Counted from the stretch's first letter, positions 1-15,050 are shown. The stretch: DNA of 64,000 nt from the human T2T-CHM13v2.0 reference genome, Homo sapiens (GCF_009914755.1 NC_060930.1); one strand, 5' to 3'. The notes: generated by a model from the letters alone, not told the origin. Made by a program: numbers and translations.

Positions 1-171
1 GAGTAGCTGGGATTACAGGCACCCACCACTATGCCCAGCTGATTTCTGTATTTTTAGTAGAGATGGGGTTTCACCATATTGGCCAGGCTGGTCTCAAACT
101 CCTGACCTCAGATGATCCAGCCTCGGCCACCCAAAGTGCTGGGATTACAGGCGTGAGCCACCATGCTGGCC
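1..171 (-). mobile_element. Alu (AluS-type), partial at window edge
   Basis: Reverse-strand Alu motifs: tttttagtagagatggggtttcacca...cccaaagtgctgggattacaggcgtgagccacc. Confidence 0.95.
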
Positions 172-497
172 TATAATTTATTTTGCAGTGCATTGTGACA
201 TCTGCAAGACATTTAATGAAACCTTTCCTGATATTTGGTGAAAGAATGAAAAATGACTGAACCTGGTGATAATAATTAGGTGTTGTCATATCTGATTTGT
301 CTGACTGTACCAAACAAGTATTGATTCCTGGATTCTGCCATCTGGAAAGATGTCTCTCTCTGCTATCATCTCCATGCCTCTACCCTTGGACAGGCAAGTG
401 TTCTGCATTTGGTTAACATTTGGATAAAGACAGAGAAGACAGGAAGTTTAGATGACACGAGAATAGAAAGGAGAGCTAATAAAAGAGATGTTGAAAT

Positions 498-838
498 CAG
501 GACTCAAAATATTCTCAACAGGCCAACAGCATGGGCCAGAACAAACAAGAAGAACCTTGAGAGCTAGAAACGTGAAGTTCTACATTTCTGTTAAAAAAAA
601 AGATTAACCTCACACGTACAGGATTAACAGTAACTCATGTGAAAGGGCTTAGCAGTTAGAGTTGACTGCAAGGTCAGAATGAACTTGCAGCATGACTTAG
701 CTGCTAAAATAGTAAAGACAATTTTAGGCTGCATTAATAGAAGTCTAGTGTCAAGGACAAAAAGAAGGGGTGGTTCTACTGTGCTCTGTTCTGATCAAAG
801 CCATCTGGAGCATGTCCATTTTTGAGGCCATGATTTAT
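498..838 (+). mobile_element. L3/CR1 LINE fragment
   Basis: Resembles L3 RT region: gttgactgcaagg...ttttaggctgcattaatagaagtctagtgtc...ccatctggag. Confidence 0.7.
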
Positions 839-3011
839 TCTTTAATTATTAAATAGTGACAATATATCATGTAAGATTGAAATGTAAGAGTACAAAACTA
901 TATCAAGCAGAAATCCTGTGCTCAAAGGTTTCACAGCAGAATAAGAAACTGACAAATATGTAAATAGCATACAAGGGAGAAAGATAAATGCCTCAGGAAA
1001 GATAGCATTAAAAACTAATGTGAATGTTTTAGGTAGATATCGATCACTATCAGCTGTTATAGAAATCAAAGGAGTTGGACTTCATTCTGTAGGTAATGGG
1101 ACAGTCATTGGAAATGTTTGAATTGGTGAATGATGTAATCAAATCTATGTTTCAAGAAAGAAAATAGGAACCAATACCCAGCAATTTACAGATTAGTCCA
1201 TATGATCCTTAAAGCACTATCTTGTGCTTGTGGGATTTAGCCGCTTAAGATAGAACCAGAAAAAACTGAGAATTGCAAGAAGATAGATTTTGATTCAATA
1301 TAATGAAGAAATTTCTACCTAGCATGCTGTCTTAAGATGAAAAAACTGTTGGTAAGCACCTGACCAACCTTTTCAACTCTTTTTGAACAGTTCCAGCGAA
1401 GATTACTTGGCCATATTTCAATCCCTACATGAGCTGATGCAGTAGCTGAGCTCAGGGTTTCCTTCTAGTCCTAGAGATCTTAGAGGTCTGTTTTTTCATG
1501 GCATATTAATAGGCTGATTAATTAACATGGTGAACAAAACAATTATTTCTGTATTTTGTTAGCTTCATATTTGTTCTTTCTATTGTCTATAAAATACCAC
1601 TATGTATTTTATAACTTATTATATGATTACATTAAAACGTCTATTTAAACTACTTTTGTCATTATTTTAATTTAAAATTTTAAAATTATTTATTACATAT
1701 TTTAAGTAATTTGATCAAATCACATTATTTTGTCTTTAGTCCCAGTAAGAGATCTTACCAAATTTAAATAAAGGCCATAACATAAAATTAACCTCAGCTA
1801 TATGTAGTACTAGATTATCAATTAGTACAACCAACAGGGAAAAGTGGATACTGTATTTCTTCTATATTAACCATACACATATACTCAAAGTATAGAAATG
1901 GTGATTTTGCTTTCTAATTAATCACTTTAATTTCAAGGACTATTATAAAATATATTCATGATTTGGATTACAAATTATCATTCTGATTTCTTAACACTTT
2001 CAACAAAGCAATATGTCCCAAATTTATGTTAGCTTTATGTTCATTTTTAATATTATCTGTAAAATGCCAAAGCGTATGCAACAATAACATGTGTCTACTT
2101 TCTTTTGATACTAGAGAAAGTAAAAATCAATCACTGTGCTGTCAACAGGCAAGGAAACATCCAGGAAACAACAGGAAAGAGGACCACAGCACAGGCTTGT
2201 AGTGATGAATTACATTGCGTCCCACGGTTTGCAACTAAATCAACAGTGGTCTGATTAATGGTTCCCTCACATAACATTGCTGTGTGAAAAAGAAAGTTTT
2301 GCAAGTTTTCATGAGAGAGTGGTTTTAGTACACCTACAGGCACAGTGTGCGGAAGAATATGCATGAGAAGTTTCTTTAAAAAAAAGTTGATTAAACTTAG
2401 ACTAATATTTATTAGCAGAAAACTTATCCTGAGAAAAACAGACTCCTATTTGTACTTTATTTATTTAAAAAATTACTAGTTTAGGTAACGTTTGTGTTGC
2501 CTTTCAGAATTGTATATTAGAAGTTCCAATTTTTCTAGAAAATGCAAGAGTATAACTGACACAACATTTATGAAATGTAAAGACCCTTTCCTCAATAAGT
2601 AAAGAAATTAGAATCAGATAATGTTAAATAACAGAAAACGTAAACACATCCTTGCAACTGCTAGCAGTTTTCTTTTTACAGGAGTGAGCCCAAGTTTGAT
2701 TTTTTGTTTACAATTTTTGTTTACATTTTTTTCAAAATTTGATTTTTGACCTCGTGTTCCAGTTAGTCCCCATTTTCAGCAACCAGGCTGTCAGTCTCCA
2801 GTGGCGGGACATCCACTATCTGCTTCTTCTGCTCCTATTTCCAGGTAGCAGAAATACGTTTTGGGAAAAACAAATCACAATACAAGACAGACAGCCCAAT
2901 CAGCGAGAACTCCATTTCCATTCTCTCCACCACAAAACTTCTCTGACTTTTTACATAATCTATATGCCTTTTCTTTCTTTGTGATTATTATTATTATTAT
3001 TAAATATTATT

Positions 3012-3305
<294 letters not shown>

Positions 3306-3309
3306 TCAC

Positions 3310-4120
<811 letters not shown>

Positions 4121-4673
4121 AAATCATCATAAAATCTAATCACAAATTTCCCTGGAACACCACAGCCACACAGAGATAGCACCTTACTGCTAGCCATCGC
4201 CTTTGACATAGAGACAACAACATGTCAGCCAATGCTGTCATATTTTGGGTACTTTCCCAGCTCCCACCCACATGGCTTCTAAGAACAGCTGTGATCCCAG
4301 GCTCTTGGGCCCACAGAGGCATGAACCTGCTGAATGAGTCTATAAAGCAGAAAAGATGCCAAGACTGTACAATTCATTAGTTATTCTTCCTCATCTGTGG
4401 TTCCTGCTTTTTGTTTAGTTTGCTAAAATTTTCCCCAGTTTTGAATTGATTTTTGGCCATTCTTTCTCTTTCCATTCTTCTTTCCGTATTCTGCCTTATT
4501 TCATAACTGCTCTATTCCCGAGTGTCTTCTTACGGGTCACTCATAATGAGTTAACAACAAATCTGATGGGATAAACCTTAAGCAGCATCATGCGCTACTT
4601 CCACAGATTGCAGATCACACCCCCATGCCTCCTGCGCTAAAGTTGAAATATGAAATTCCTTTGAGCAAAGAGT

Positions 4674-4685
4674 GAAACGGAAACT
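4674..4685 (+). promoter_or_regulatory. ISRE/IRF consensus motif GAAACGGAAACT
   Basis: Exact match to GAAANNGAAACT in non-repeat sequence; function not shown. Confidence 0.35.
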
Positions 4686-6112
4686 ATTTCCATGGTAACA
4701 TCATCACCAATTAGTTTAATAAAATGCATAATTTAGTGTGTATAATACTAATGAAAAGAGATTCTAAAAGCCAGGATGACACCACTTTTCTGCATTATCT
4801 TTCCAAAATGTGTACTAGACATATGGTATCCCCAAGCTACAAATGAGATGCTGAAGACATAAAGACATTCTTTAAAAATGGCCTCTGGTATCAAGAAACT
4901 TACAGACCAATTAGCTGCTCCTGTGGTATAACTGAAAGGTTATCACCAACAAAGAGTTTCTTTGCATTTATTCTGAAATTACAATTATTACTGCAACTCT
5001 TTGTGAAGGCTATATTAAATTCTCCAGCACCATAATTAAAGAATTACACATTAAATAATAACACATAGTTTTTAAGATTTAAAAGAGTGAACCTATGTAA
5101 TGTTAGGATGTATTTTATTATTAATTGATTGCTCATGTTCTTTGCTGATTTTTAATTAGGTTATTCACCTCCTTTGTGGGAACTCTTTGTATATTTGGGT
5201 TACAGTTCCTTTTTCTATCATAGATTTAAGATGTTTTCTGATGTTTACTGTCTTTTTATGTATTGATCTCATTTTTACCATTCAAAGGTTTTTAATTTTA
5301 CATGGCCACACTTACTGTTTTCCTACCAGATTTCTCCTTTCATATCCTTTTGACACTCTCACTAAAAACATCAAGTAGAAAATACTGAAGTTCAACACTA
5401 TGTAAACAATATGACTCCAATTGTGTAAAAATAAAATAAACAAAAAAGAAGGAAGAAAATTGTGCTTCCAGAATTTTCCAAACTTTTCTGGGTTAACATA
5501 TATTATCCTTATAATCAGATTAGACTATTAATTTAACAAATATTTTTAAATACACAGGTATCTCTCAAAGGGAAAATGCATAAACCCTCCAGTACCCACC
5601 AGCATTTCAGCATGGAAAGGCCAGTATTCTTGGGAACAGAGCTTAGAGTAGGTGAATTTTAAGCAAATGTCTGTGGAGACCACTTTTCCTCTTGGGACAG
5701 ACATTCTGCCAAGACTGGTAAGGCTGATATTACCTGGACACAAGAGAAAGGACATTGAGCCACTGAGAAGTAGAAAGAGCCAAGAAGAAAAAATGAAATG
5801 GTTGAATCAATAATATGTCAATTCTTTATTCATATTTGAACGAAGCCTCCCTATTTCAGTTAGTAACTGAAATCAGTAAATAATTTGGAAAAGGCAATAG
5901 GGATTAAAAGGTCATTCTCTTTTTCATTAAAATACACTAAATGCACAAAATACACTGAGTCTATAAAGTGCAGCCATTTAGACCAGAGAAATCAAAGAAA
6001 ATGTGAGAGTTTTAAAACAGTGTCAGTCAACAAAAGACTGAAATTAGCAAAATGGAAAGAAAAATGTTGCCTGAACAGAGAAAGGAAGGACTTAAAATAA
6101 CTCTGACCAAAA

Positions 6113-6258
6113 CATTAGGAGATATACCTAATGTAAATGATGAGGTAATTGGTGCAGCACACCAACATGGCACATGTATACATATGTAACAAACCTGCAC
6201 GTTGTGCACATGTACCCTAGAACTTAAAGTATAATAATAAAATAACATAACATAAAAT
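6113..6258 (+). mobile_element. 5'-truncated L1PA 3' end (L1PA3-5-like)
   Basis: cattaggagatatacctaatgtaaatg...gtgcacatgtaccctagaacttaaagtataat plus A-rich tail; degenerate TSD aaaataac(tc)tgaccaa. Confidence 0.92.
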
Positions 6259-8952
6259 AAAATAACTGACCAAGAACAGGAGGCTAAGGAGTAATCTCCA
6301 GACCAAGAGACTGCTCTGTGCACTAAGCATGACTCTATTCAGCCAGTGTGGTCACTGCGCTGGGGAAGAGTCTGACGGTGGGACAGCAGCATTAGGAGTA
6401 CTCAGGCCCTGAAGCCAGTCTCAGCTTCTCCATTTAGTTATACCAGGTGACATTAAGCAAATCGTTTAGACTTTCCACAAGGTTCACTGTGGAAAGTGTT
6501 TGAGATGATGGCTATACGGAACATGGTCCAGCTCTTGCCCCACTGCCTAGACTGGTGCCGCCGACACCTGGTGGGTGCTCTATGAGTTGTTGAACAAATG
6601 AACAGAAAGCACTTGACGATGACCTAAGATGAGTTATTCCTTTAGAAAGGACAGTGGACAGTAAATGGTGCAGACACGTGTTACCTTTGCTAAGAAGAGG
6701 GACAACTGCTCTGAGCAAGTGTGGTGTGGGATGTGGTTGTAATGGAAAAGCTAGAATTTGATGTGGCCTTTGATGAATGGAATAAATTTAAATGGATAAA
6801 GAACAAGAAATAGAAGACACCCAAAAAAAATAGGGTGAGCAGAAGCATTTGAAAGAAGCTGCACAAATCATTTGTGACTCAAACAAATGGAGGATGGCAG
6901 GAAATGAGGTGTAAAAGTAGGAAAAGTTGGGAGGTGGATTCATGAGTGTTTTATTATTATTATGTTTTATAACTTACATGTAGGTCATGTATATTTGTTT
7001 GTATCTCAAATATTAAATAATATTTTTGAAATGGATTAGAGCTGGAGAGGAAGGTTTGGTGCATCTAATTACTAACTGGAAGGAAGATACCTCTAAATTT
7101 ATGTTTCAGGGAAAAAAACTCTTATCCCATGTTTCTGGTATAACCATTTCCTCTGCTTTTCTAACATTTTGGAACTGTTCTTGGGGACTTAATAAAATGG
7201 TATAAATTTATTTTAGACAAATTATTAATAAAACTTTAAAAGAAGTATGTTGTTGTATTTTCTCTTTTATCTCAGAAATTCAATTCCTGAACAAACTCAT
7301 TAACATATTTCTGGACATATTTGTGTTGCTACATGACAGAGTATAAGGTTTAGGTCTGAAATAAAGCACCTAAAGTCAATTTAGTGCACAATAGCTTCTT
7401 TGGTTTCCTGCTGTTTTACTGACATAATGCATTTTGCTGAGAAACTGCCCTGTAAATCAGCCTGTTTATCAGCATTCCCTTTTGAGAATTTTAACATTTT
7501 AACAAATTAAAATGGGATATGCATAGCATCTCATTTCAAAATAATTTTGCATAGAGTTTTTTTTCATAAGAATTAGGAGTTTGCCCAAAATGGAGTAGAG
7601 CCTTTACTGGCCCCAGGAGAAAGGTGGGAAGAAGGCTAAATTGCACTGGAGGGAAGGACTGGGGGTGGGAAGAGATGGAGGAAGTATGAATTTCAGAGAC
7701 AGCAAGGTAGAGGAGTTCATGCTGAGACCAGCAGTTCTGGATAAAAGTGAGGAGAGAAATCTCTGAGTGGGCCTAGGGCCAATGTCTGCAGAGGGGAAGA
7801 AAAAAAGCACTGGAGAGGTGCTTCACAGGAAAGGCCAGAAAAAATTTAAACAAGAAACAGATTCACACTCAAGCAAAATGTGAAAATTTGTGCCCATTAA
7901 GTGAAGGAAATTTTGATGCTGAGAGCTGACCCAAATCTGCCCTTCCAAAGTGCTGGAAAATTCACAGCAAATTCAAATTAGGGCCATCAGAGGCTGGCCA
8001 CTAAAACAAAACAATAACAATATTAAAAATAAAAACACTAGCCTAACAGTGGTTATTCATTGGGAGGTTTCTGTGGGCCAAGGTTGGGCTAATTGCATCA
8101 CACAGATTAATTGCCTTCTTCTTCCAACATGGGTGTCGTTACTCCTACTTTGTAGATGAGGAGAGACCTGAAGAAGTTAGGTAACTTGCCCAAAGTTACA
8201 GGATTAATGAGTCCTCAGGGAGGGTAGGAGCTGCCAGAAACTGCGAAGTTCTCTGTGTATGTTCAGGGCACTCCCCACCATATCCCAACACTTTTACAAA
8301 GTTGTCTTTAAAATTTTGGCTCATATGTCTCCTAAAAGAATTCTGAAAAGCTTCTACTCACTGGCACATTTATAAGTTAACATCTGTATTTTTCCAAAGC
8401 TTAAATAGTTGCAAATGCTGTAATTTCTGCTATAGTTTAAATACAGACATTTTAAAATAAAACTCTTTCATCACTTTTAATTTATCCAGTGGAACTTCTA
8501 CATTATAGTGTTTTAATACCAACCACTATTCATTTTAAAAATACATGAACAATTTTTAAGTTACTATTTAACCTCTTCTCTTTCTCCCCCTGAACTCCTA
8601 TTTCCATTCCACTTTCCCCCACAAAATTGTATCCTACTGTAATGTATCTTTGTGCTTGAAATCACTCTGACATAATGTGCTATAATAAAAACATTTACAT
8701 ATTTTTTAATGTTTTATGTTTAATTTTCTGTGCCTTCAGGCTCTAAAAGTTAAAATAATTTCTTCAGACTTGAGTTATTATTTTAAATATCATTTGTACA
8801 CAGTTGACTAAAACAATATAAGCATAATCCAAATGTTGATAGTTATTACACATAAAAGTATAATTTTATGAGGAAAACATTATTAAATGGTATAAGTAGA
8901 GCTTTTTTCCAACTGGTTAATGCACTCAGTAATAAATAGTATTTGTTGCTAA

Positions 8953-9270
<318 letters not shown>

Positions 9271-9362
9271 AGGACTGCAAAAAAAATAATAGCAAAAAAG
9301 GAGAGAGTGGCCACTTCTGAGAGTAATTTACCAAAGGCGTATTAGTCATCATTGTTACATCA

Positions 9363-9820
<458 letters not shown>

Positions 9821-10122
9821 CTATAAATGCTAGCTTTTACAGATTATTAAGTTAGATTATTTTTTTCTTACACTTACAGGCTTAACACAAATTCATCAGA
9901 ATCTAATGTGAAAGTTTTCAGTTCCTCTTTCATGAAAAATATATCAGACACAGATGGGCACCTTGACTAAATGATGCTTTCCAGAAACAAATATTTTGAA
10001 AACTCTCTTTGTCACCATAAAGTTGCTTAAAAATATATATATTATCTAGGACAATGCTTCACGGCAAGATTAAAGGTTAGGATGTCTTCCTTTTTAAAAT
10101 GGAAGAATGGTAGATATGATAT

Positions 10123-10524
10123 TGTGTATTGTGATGTAATAAGGAATATATGGTGGCCTCTGTCCCTGGATAAATATTAGTAGTGTTTCCCTGAGTTCTG
10201 TGAGCTGCTATAGCAAATTAATTGAATCTGAGGAGAGGGTTATGGGAACCCTGATTTATAGCTGGCCAGTCAGAAGCACAGGTCACAACATAGGGCTTGC
10301 AACTGGCATCTGAAGTGGGGGCAGTCTTGTGGGACTGAGCCCTCAACCTGGGACATCTGACTTTATTTCTAGGTAGATAGTCCAAAATCTAGTTAAATTA
10401 TAGTACACCCACTTGGTGTCTGCTGGAGATGTGCTTGGTAGGTAGGGGAAATAAACCATGTCAGAAGTGCTGTGTTGAGTGGTGTGTGAGCGTAGAAAAG
10501 GCGCTTGGTTTTTCTCCTTTCTCT
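10123..10524 (+). mobile_element. MER21-family solo LTR with internal deletion
   Basis: gtgtttccctgagttctgtgagctgctatagcaaatta...ggcatctgaagtgggggcagtcttgtgggactgagccct; only ~45 bp of the LTR 5' end precedes this. Confidence 0.8.
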
Positions 10525-10699
10525 AATAGTAGGTGTGAAAGTGGATGCAACAAGTAGAATCCACATCACACTCTTAACCACAAATGCATCCCGGAAACAT
10601 ACAAAGAACCCCTTGGAAAGTCTGTGGGCACCCCTAAGAGTACTGATACTCAAGGTTGAAGGCCTTTGAGGCCATAACAAATACGTTTGAAAAGTAGGA

Positions 10700-10910
10700 T
10701 GGAAAAGACATCAGCTTTAGAATCAGTGAGATACGGGTTCTAAGCCTGCTGCCGCTCACAACTCCTGTGATTCTGAGCATGCAGCTTAAGCTCTGAGTCT
10801 GTTTTCTAATCTGTAAAGATGATAGTCCTAATGCTGGATACCCAGGATTGCTGAGAGGATAATTGAGGCAATATGTGTGAATCTCATGGTGCAGTGCCTG
10901 GACAAATGTA
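10700..10910 (+). mobile_element. MIR SINE
   Basis: ctctgagtctgttttctaatctgtaaagatg...gctgagaggataattgaggcaatatgtgtgaa core. Confidence 0.65.
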
Positions 10911-11665
10911 CTCGATTAGATTTTAAGAAAGTTACCAGCATATTATGCATGATAAATGGGAGGATTAAGGGTGTGTGGCAATTTTATAGTTCCCTGTAGA
11001 AGACAAAATATGTTTAAATTATGTGTTTGTAGACTTAGACTTTTACCAGATCTCCAGACATTATTGTGTTCTTTCTTCATGAGAAATTCTTTAGAAAATC
11101 CACCAAAAGTAATCCTGTTTTAGCTGTTCTCCCTAACTGAAATATGTATGCTTGTATCTGGAATAAAAGATAAATGATAATTAAATGTGTATCTAAGTGA
11201 AGGTGAATAGTTTTTAAGTGTGAAAGTGCTAACAATATACTGTTTAACAGTCATTAACCTCTACATGGTAATGTCTAGATCTCAAGAAAAAATGGAAATA
11301 AGTTTGTCATTGAGTTCTCACTTTAATGTTGTGCACTAATTAAGTATATAAAGGTTAGTAGAGTGGGCAAGTTAATTTTTATTTTTAATAATAAAATATT
11401 AATTTAGTGTTAATTGCTGATAATTTAATTCAATCAACAATGGACCAGAGATCAGTAAAGTATTTTCAATTTCAGTAAGATGGTGAGAACAGATACTAAA
11501 TTCTGGTTGTGTGAGGGGCAAGTGGAAAGTGAGACAAAGCATATAGACTATTTCATTAAGAAATTTATTGATGTGTGGGATGCAAAAATAAATAAGACAT
11601 AGTTCCTGGTTTCATGAACATAGCTCAAACTAAAATTATCTGACAATAAAATCATATCACTCAGA

Positions 11666-11757
11666 TCTCAACTTCCACTCTCTCTACCCTCCTGGGAGGT
11701 CAGTGAACAGAGCTGAAAGCCCCAACCCTCTAATCACTTGGTTGGTTCCCTTGGCAC
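11666..11757 (-). mobile_element. MER21 internal fragment, inverted
   Basis: gctgaaagccccaaccctctaatcacttggttggtt is the reverse complement of the MER21 mid-LTR motif gtgattagagggttgg..ctttcagc. Confidence 0.65.
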
Positions 11758-11799
11758 TGGGATATCCCCTTGTACTGAGATAAATATTTAGTATAAATC

Positions 11800-11960
11800 A
11801 TATTTTTTAATCCTCCTAACTATCCTGCTATTATCACTAGTTTATATATGGAAAATAGATTTTTGGAAAATAAAGCGACTTGTATAATGTCGAAAAACTA
11901 GTAAGTGGCAGAGCTGAATTTGAACCTATGCATTCTGAATCTAGAGCCCAAACACTACTA
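11800..11960 (-). mobile_element. MIR SINE
   Basis: ctagtaagtggcagagctgaatttgaacctatgcattctgaatctagagccc. Confidence 0.7.
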
Positions 11961-12530
11961 CTCTAAGCATTATTTCTTAAAATGTGCAGGTGTAAAGAAT
12001 TGCACTTTAGGTATAGAACTCACCCACAATATGCGCCCACCAAAAAAAACAAAATAAAATAATGGCATGAAGGTAGTGGTAACCTCTCGATGAACTCACA
12101 GGACTTATATAGCTCATGTTGTACAAGAATTCAGTAAAAACATTCTCAATGTGAGCTATAAAAACACTCTAGGTCATACTCTGAAGCCAAATGGATTAAA
12201 ATCAGCCAGTTTACAAAAAGCAGCCTCAGATGTGATGTAGCCCTATTAGGTTTCAGTAAATAAAGAGGTCAGAAGGAGATAGTTTCCATATGAGCAAAGA
12301 GGGTTTGTTTCCTAGATCATGCTGTTAATGCTTTTCTCGGGAGCCTACAGTTTTTCACAAATTTTGCAGGGAAAAAATGAATTAAATGCCAAATAACAAC
12401 TCAGAAAGCTTAAGATTTATACCAAAAATTCTCAATTTACATATTAATTGCTAGAATACTTAATATTTGCCAAATACTGTGCTTTTCCTAAGGTTCTTGT
12501 GACCTATATAGTACAACTAGGTGCTAATTA

Positions 12531-12869
12531 GAGTCATGCACCACATAATGATATTTCAATCAACAATGGACCACATATACAATGATATCCCATAGATTAT
12601 AATATTGTATTTTTACTGTACATTTTCTATGTTTAGATACACAAATACTTACCATTGTGTTACAATTGCCTATGGTGTTCAGTGCAGTAACATGCTGCAC
12701 AGTTTTGTAGCCTAGGAGAAACAGGCTATACCCTATAACCTAGGTGTGTACAGCCTAGGATATACCATCAAAGTTTGCGTAAGTACGCTCTATGATATTC
12801 CTCAGGAACAAAATTACCTACCAATGAATTTCTCAGAAGATGTCTCAGTCACTAAGTGATGTATGACTA
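12531..12869 (+). mobile_element. Tigger3a (MER7A) DNA transposon, full-length MITE
   Basis: agtcatgcaccacataatg...ttaccattgtgttacaattgcc...taagtgatgtatgact terminal inverted repeats; preceded by TA. Confidence 0.9.
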
Positions 12870-13468
12870 TGTATGACTACATAGATTAGAAAACTAAGGT
12901 CTCATGTTAAAAGATGGTATTCAATCCCAACCTGACTGTGCTCATCCACTACTCTAGTTCTAACCTGTGAAGAACTTGGGACATTTCAGGAAGAGAGATA
13001 CTTTAGATGGATTTAAAAGACAAGTAAACAAAGAAGAGCTAGAATAGTGACCAGGTGAGCAAAAAAGAGTTTAAATAATATGACTCATTCAGAGACTTTT
13101 TAAAAAGGTGTAAATGTGCTGATGTTCACTGAGCATGGCAGAGCTGCAGAAGATGAGACTGGAGTGAGGAGGGAGTCTGATTCTAAGGGCCTTTTGTGGT
13201 GTTGTGTGTAATTGGAATTTTAAAGCAAGTGAGAGGCATCATTAGATTTGCATTTTAGAAAAATTACTCAAAAAGCAAGAAAAGTTTCCCAGGGCACTAG
13301 ACAGGAAGGACATCAAAGCGCGCATCCCGGGTTACAATATACCTTCTCCCCGCAAATTAGCTGAAGTGCATTCCAATCACATTTACACAACTAATTTTTA
13401 GATACTATTTTTTATCTTTTCCCTTGAAAAATTGTAAGCATCACAAATTGTTCTTCAAGATAGAAATA

Positions 13469-13827
<359 letters not shown>

Positions 13828-14202
13828 TCAGATTGTAACCTTTTTTCTCAAGGCTCTGCCTTTGGACATGATACAAAGATGTTTTAATAGTGAAATTATT
13901 TTGGGGCATGGGGAAGGGAAGCCATTAAGCTTATTTATCCTGATGCTACTCTACAATGTGGGGATTTGAGAAGGCAGAAAGTAAAGGCAGGAGACCAGTA
14001 ATGAGTTTACTGAAAAAATTCAGGTAAAAGTTAATACGTAAACCAAGGCAGTGGAAGCGGATATTAAGGCTTGGCAAATGTGATGGGATGACAAAGGGAA
14101 AAGAAAGAATCTAATGAATCTAATGTGGTTCCTAGGTTTCTTGTTTGGGTATCAAGGACAACATAGAGTACAGGAGGAGAAACAGGTTTGCAAGAGTGAA
14201 AG

Positions 14203-15050
14203 TGAAACGGGAAGAATTCCCTTGTCCCCTTCAAAGGCAAGGAATGGGGGTGTGGCTCCCTTCTCCAGTGCCTTGATGCTCAGACCTCTAGGGGAGCATG
14301 CAGACAGGCAGGCTGTGGGGCTCCGACCCCAAGGCTGTGTCTAGGGGTGAATGTTTACAGCTCCTGAAGTTTTAGTGGGCATGTGTTACAGGGTGCTCTT
14401 TTATTTTGCCGTCTATAGGTGGCTTGTGTTAACCAGCTCAATTAGTCCCTCTACCTTGTCACAAGGACAGAGAACTTTCTGAATCCTGGGTTCTTGCCTT
14501 GATGTACCGGAAGAATCGGATCACACATGGGCTTGGAGAATGAGTGCAAAGTTTTATTGAGTGGAAGTAGCTCTCTGCTGAGGGGGGGCACCACAAGGGA
14601 AATGGTTTCCCGTGGAGTTGCCCTGGCTCTCCTCCGACTGCTTAGGCCAAACTCCGCCTTGTCCTTCAGGTTGGTGCTCTGCTGGCATGCTGGCATCTGT
14701 TGGAGTGCTGGCATCTGTTGGAGTGCTCTTCCGCCAGCGTGCTCCCTTGATGTCCTCTCGCCACCCACCGCTTGTGTCTTCTTCGTTGATGTGCTCCTCT
14801 CCAAGTCTGGTCGCCTGTGTGTCTGCCCGCTAGGGCATCTGGTTTTTATAAGCCCCCAATGGGGTAGTGACAGGCCAGGGTGGTCTTAGAAAATGCAACA
14901 ATTGGGCAGGAATGCAGGAGTGCCTGTCCTCGCTTAGGTCCGTGGGGGTGGGGCCCTAGCCAGGGACCTGCCTTTATCTAGCACTTCCCTTCCCCACTTC
15001 TGTATCATTTAAAGGGACCACGCTGTTCCCCTTTCAGCACTCCCATATCA
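14203..15050 (-). mobile_element. ERV1 solo LTR (MER61-like)
   Basis: TG...CA termini, 4-bp TSD AAAG (14199-14202 / 15051-15054), GC-rich, AATAAA on minus strand at about 14553-14558. Confidence 0.85.

Noticed and set aside
6470-6497. 10-bp stem actttccaca/tgtggaaagt with 8-nt loop
   Set aside because: A single short stem of this size is plausible by chance in 64 kb
13318-13352. Four CpGs in 35 bp (gcgcgcatcccgg...cccgc)
   Set aside because: Far too short for a CpG island and no supporting promoter context
14451-14889. Overlapping 117- and 120-aa ORFs
   Set aside because: Lie wholly in a GC-rich solo LTR; repeated peptides come from the 18-bp duplication
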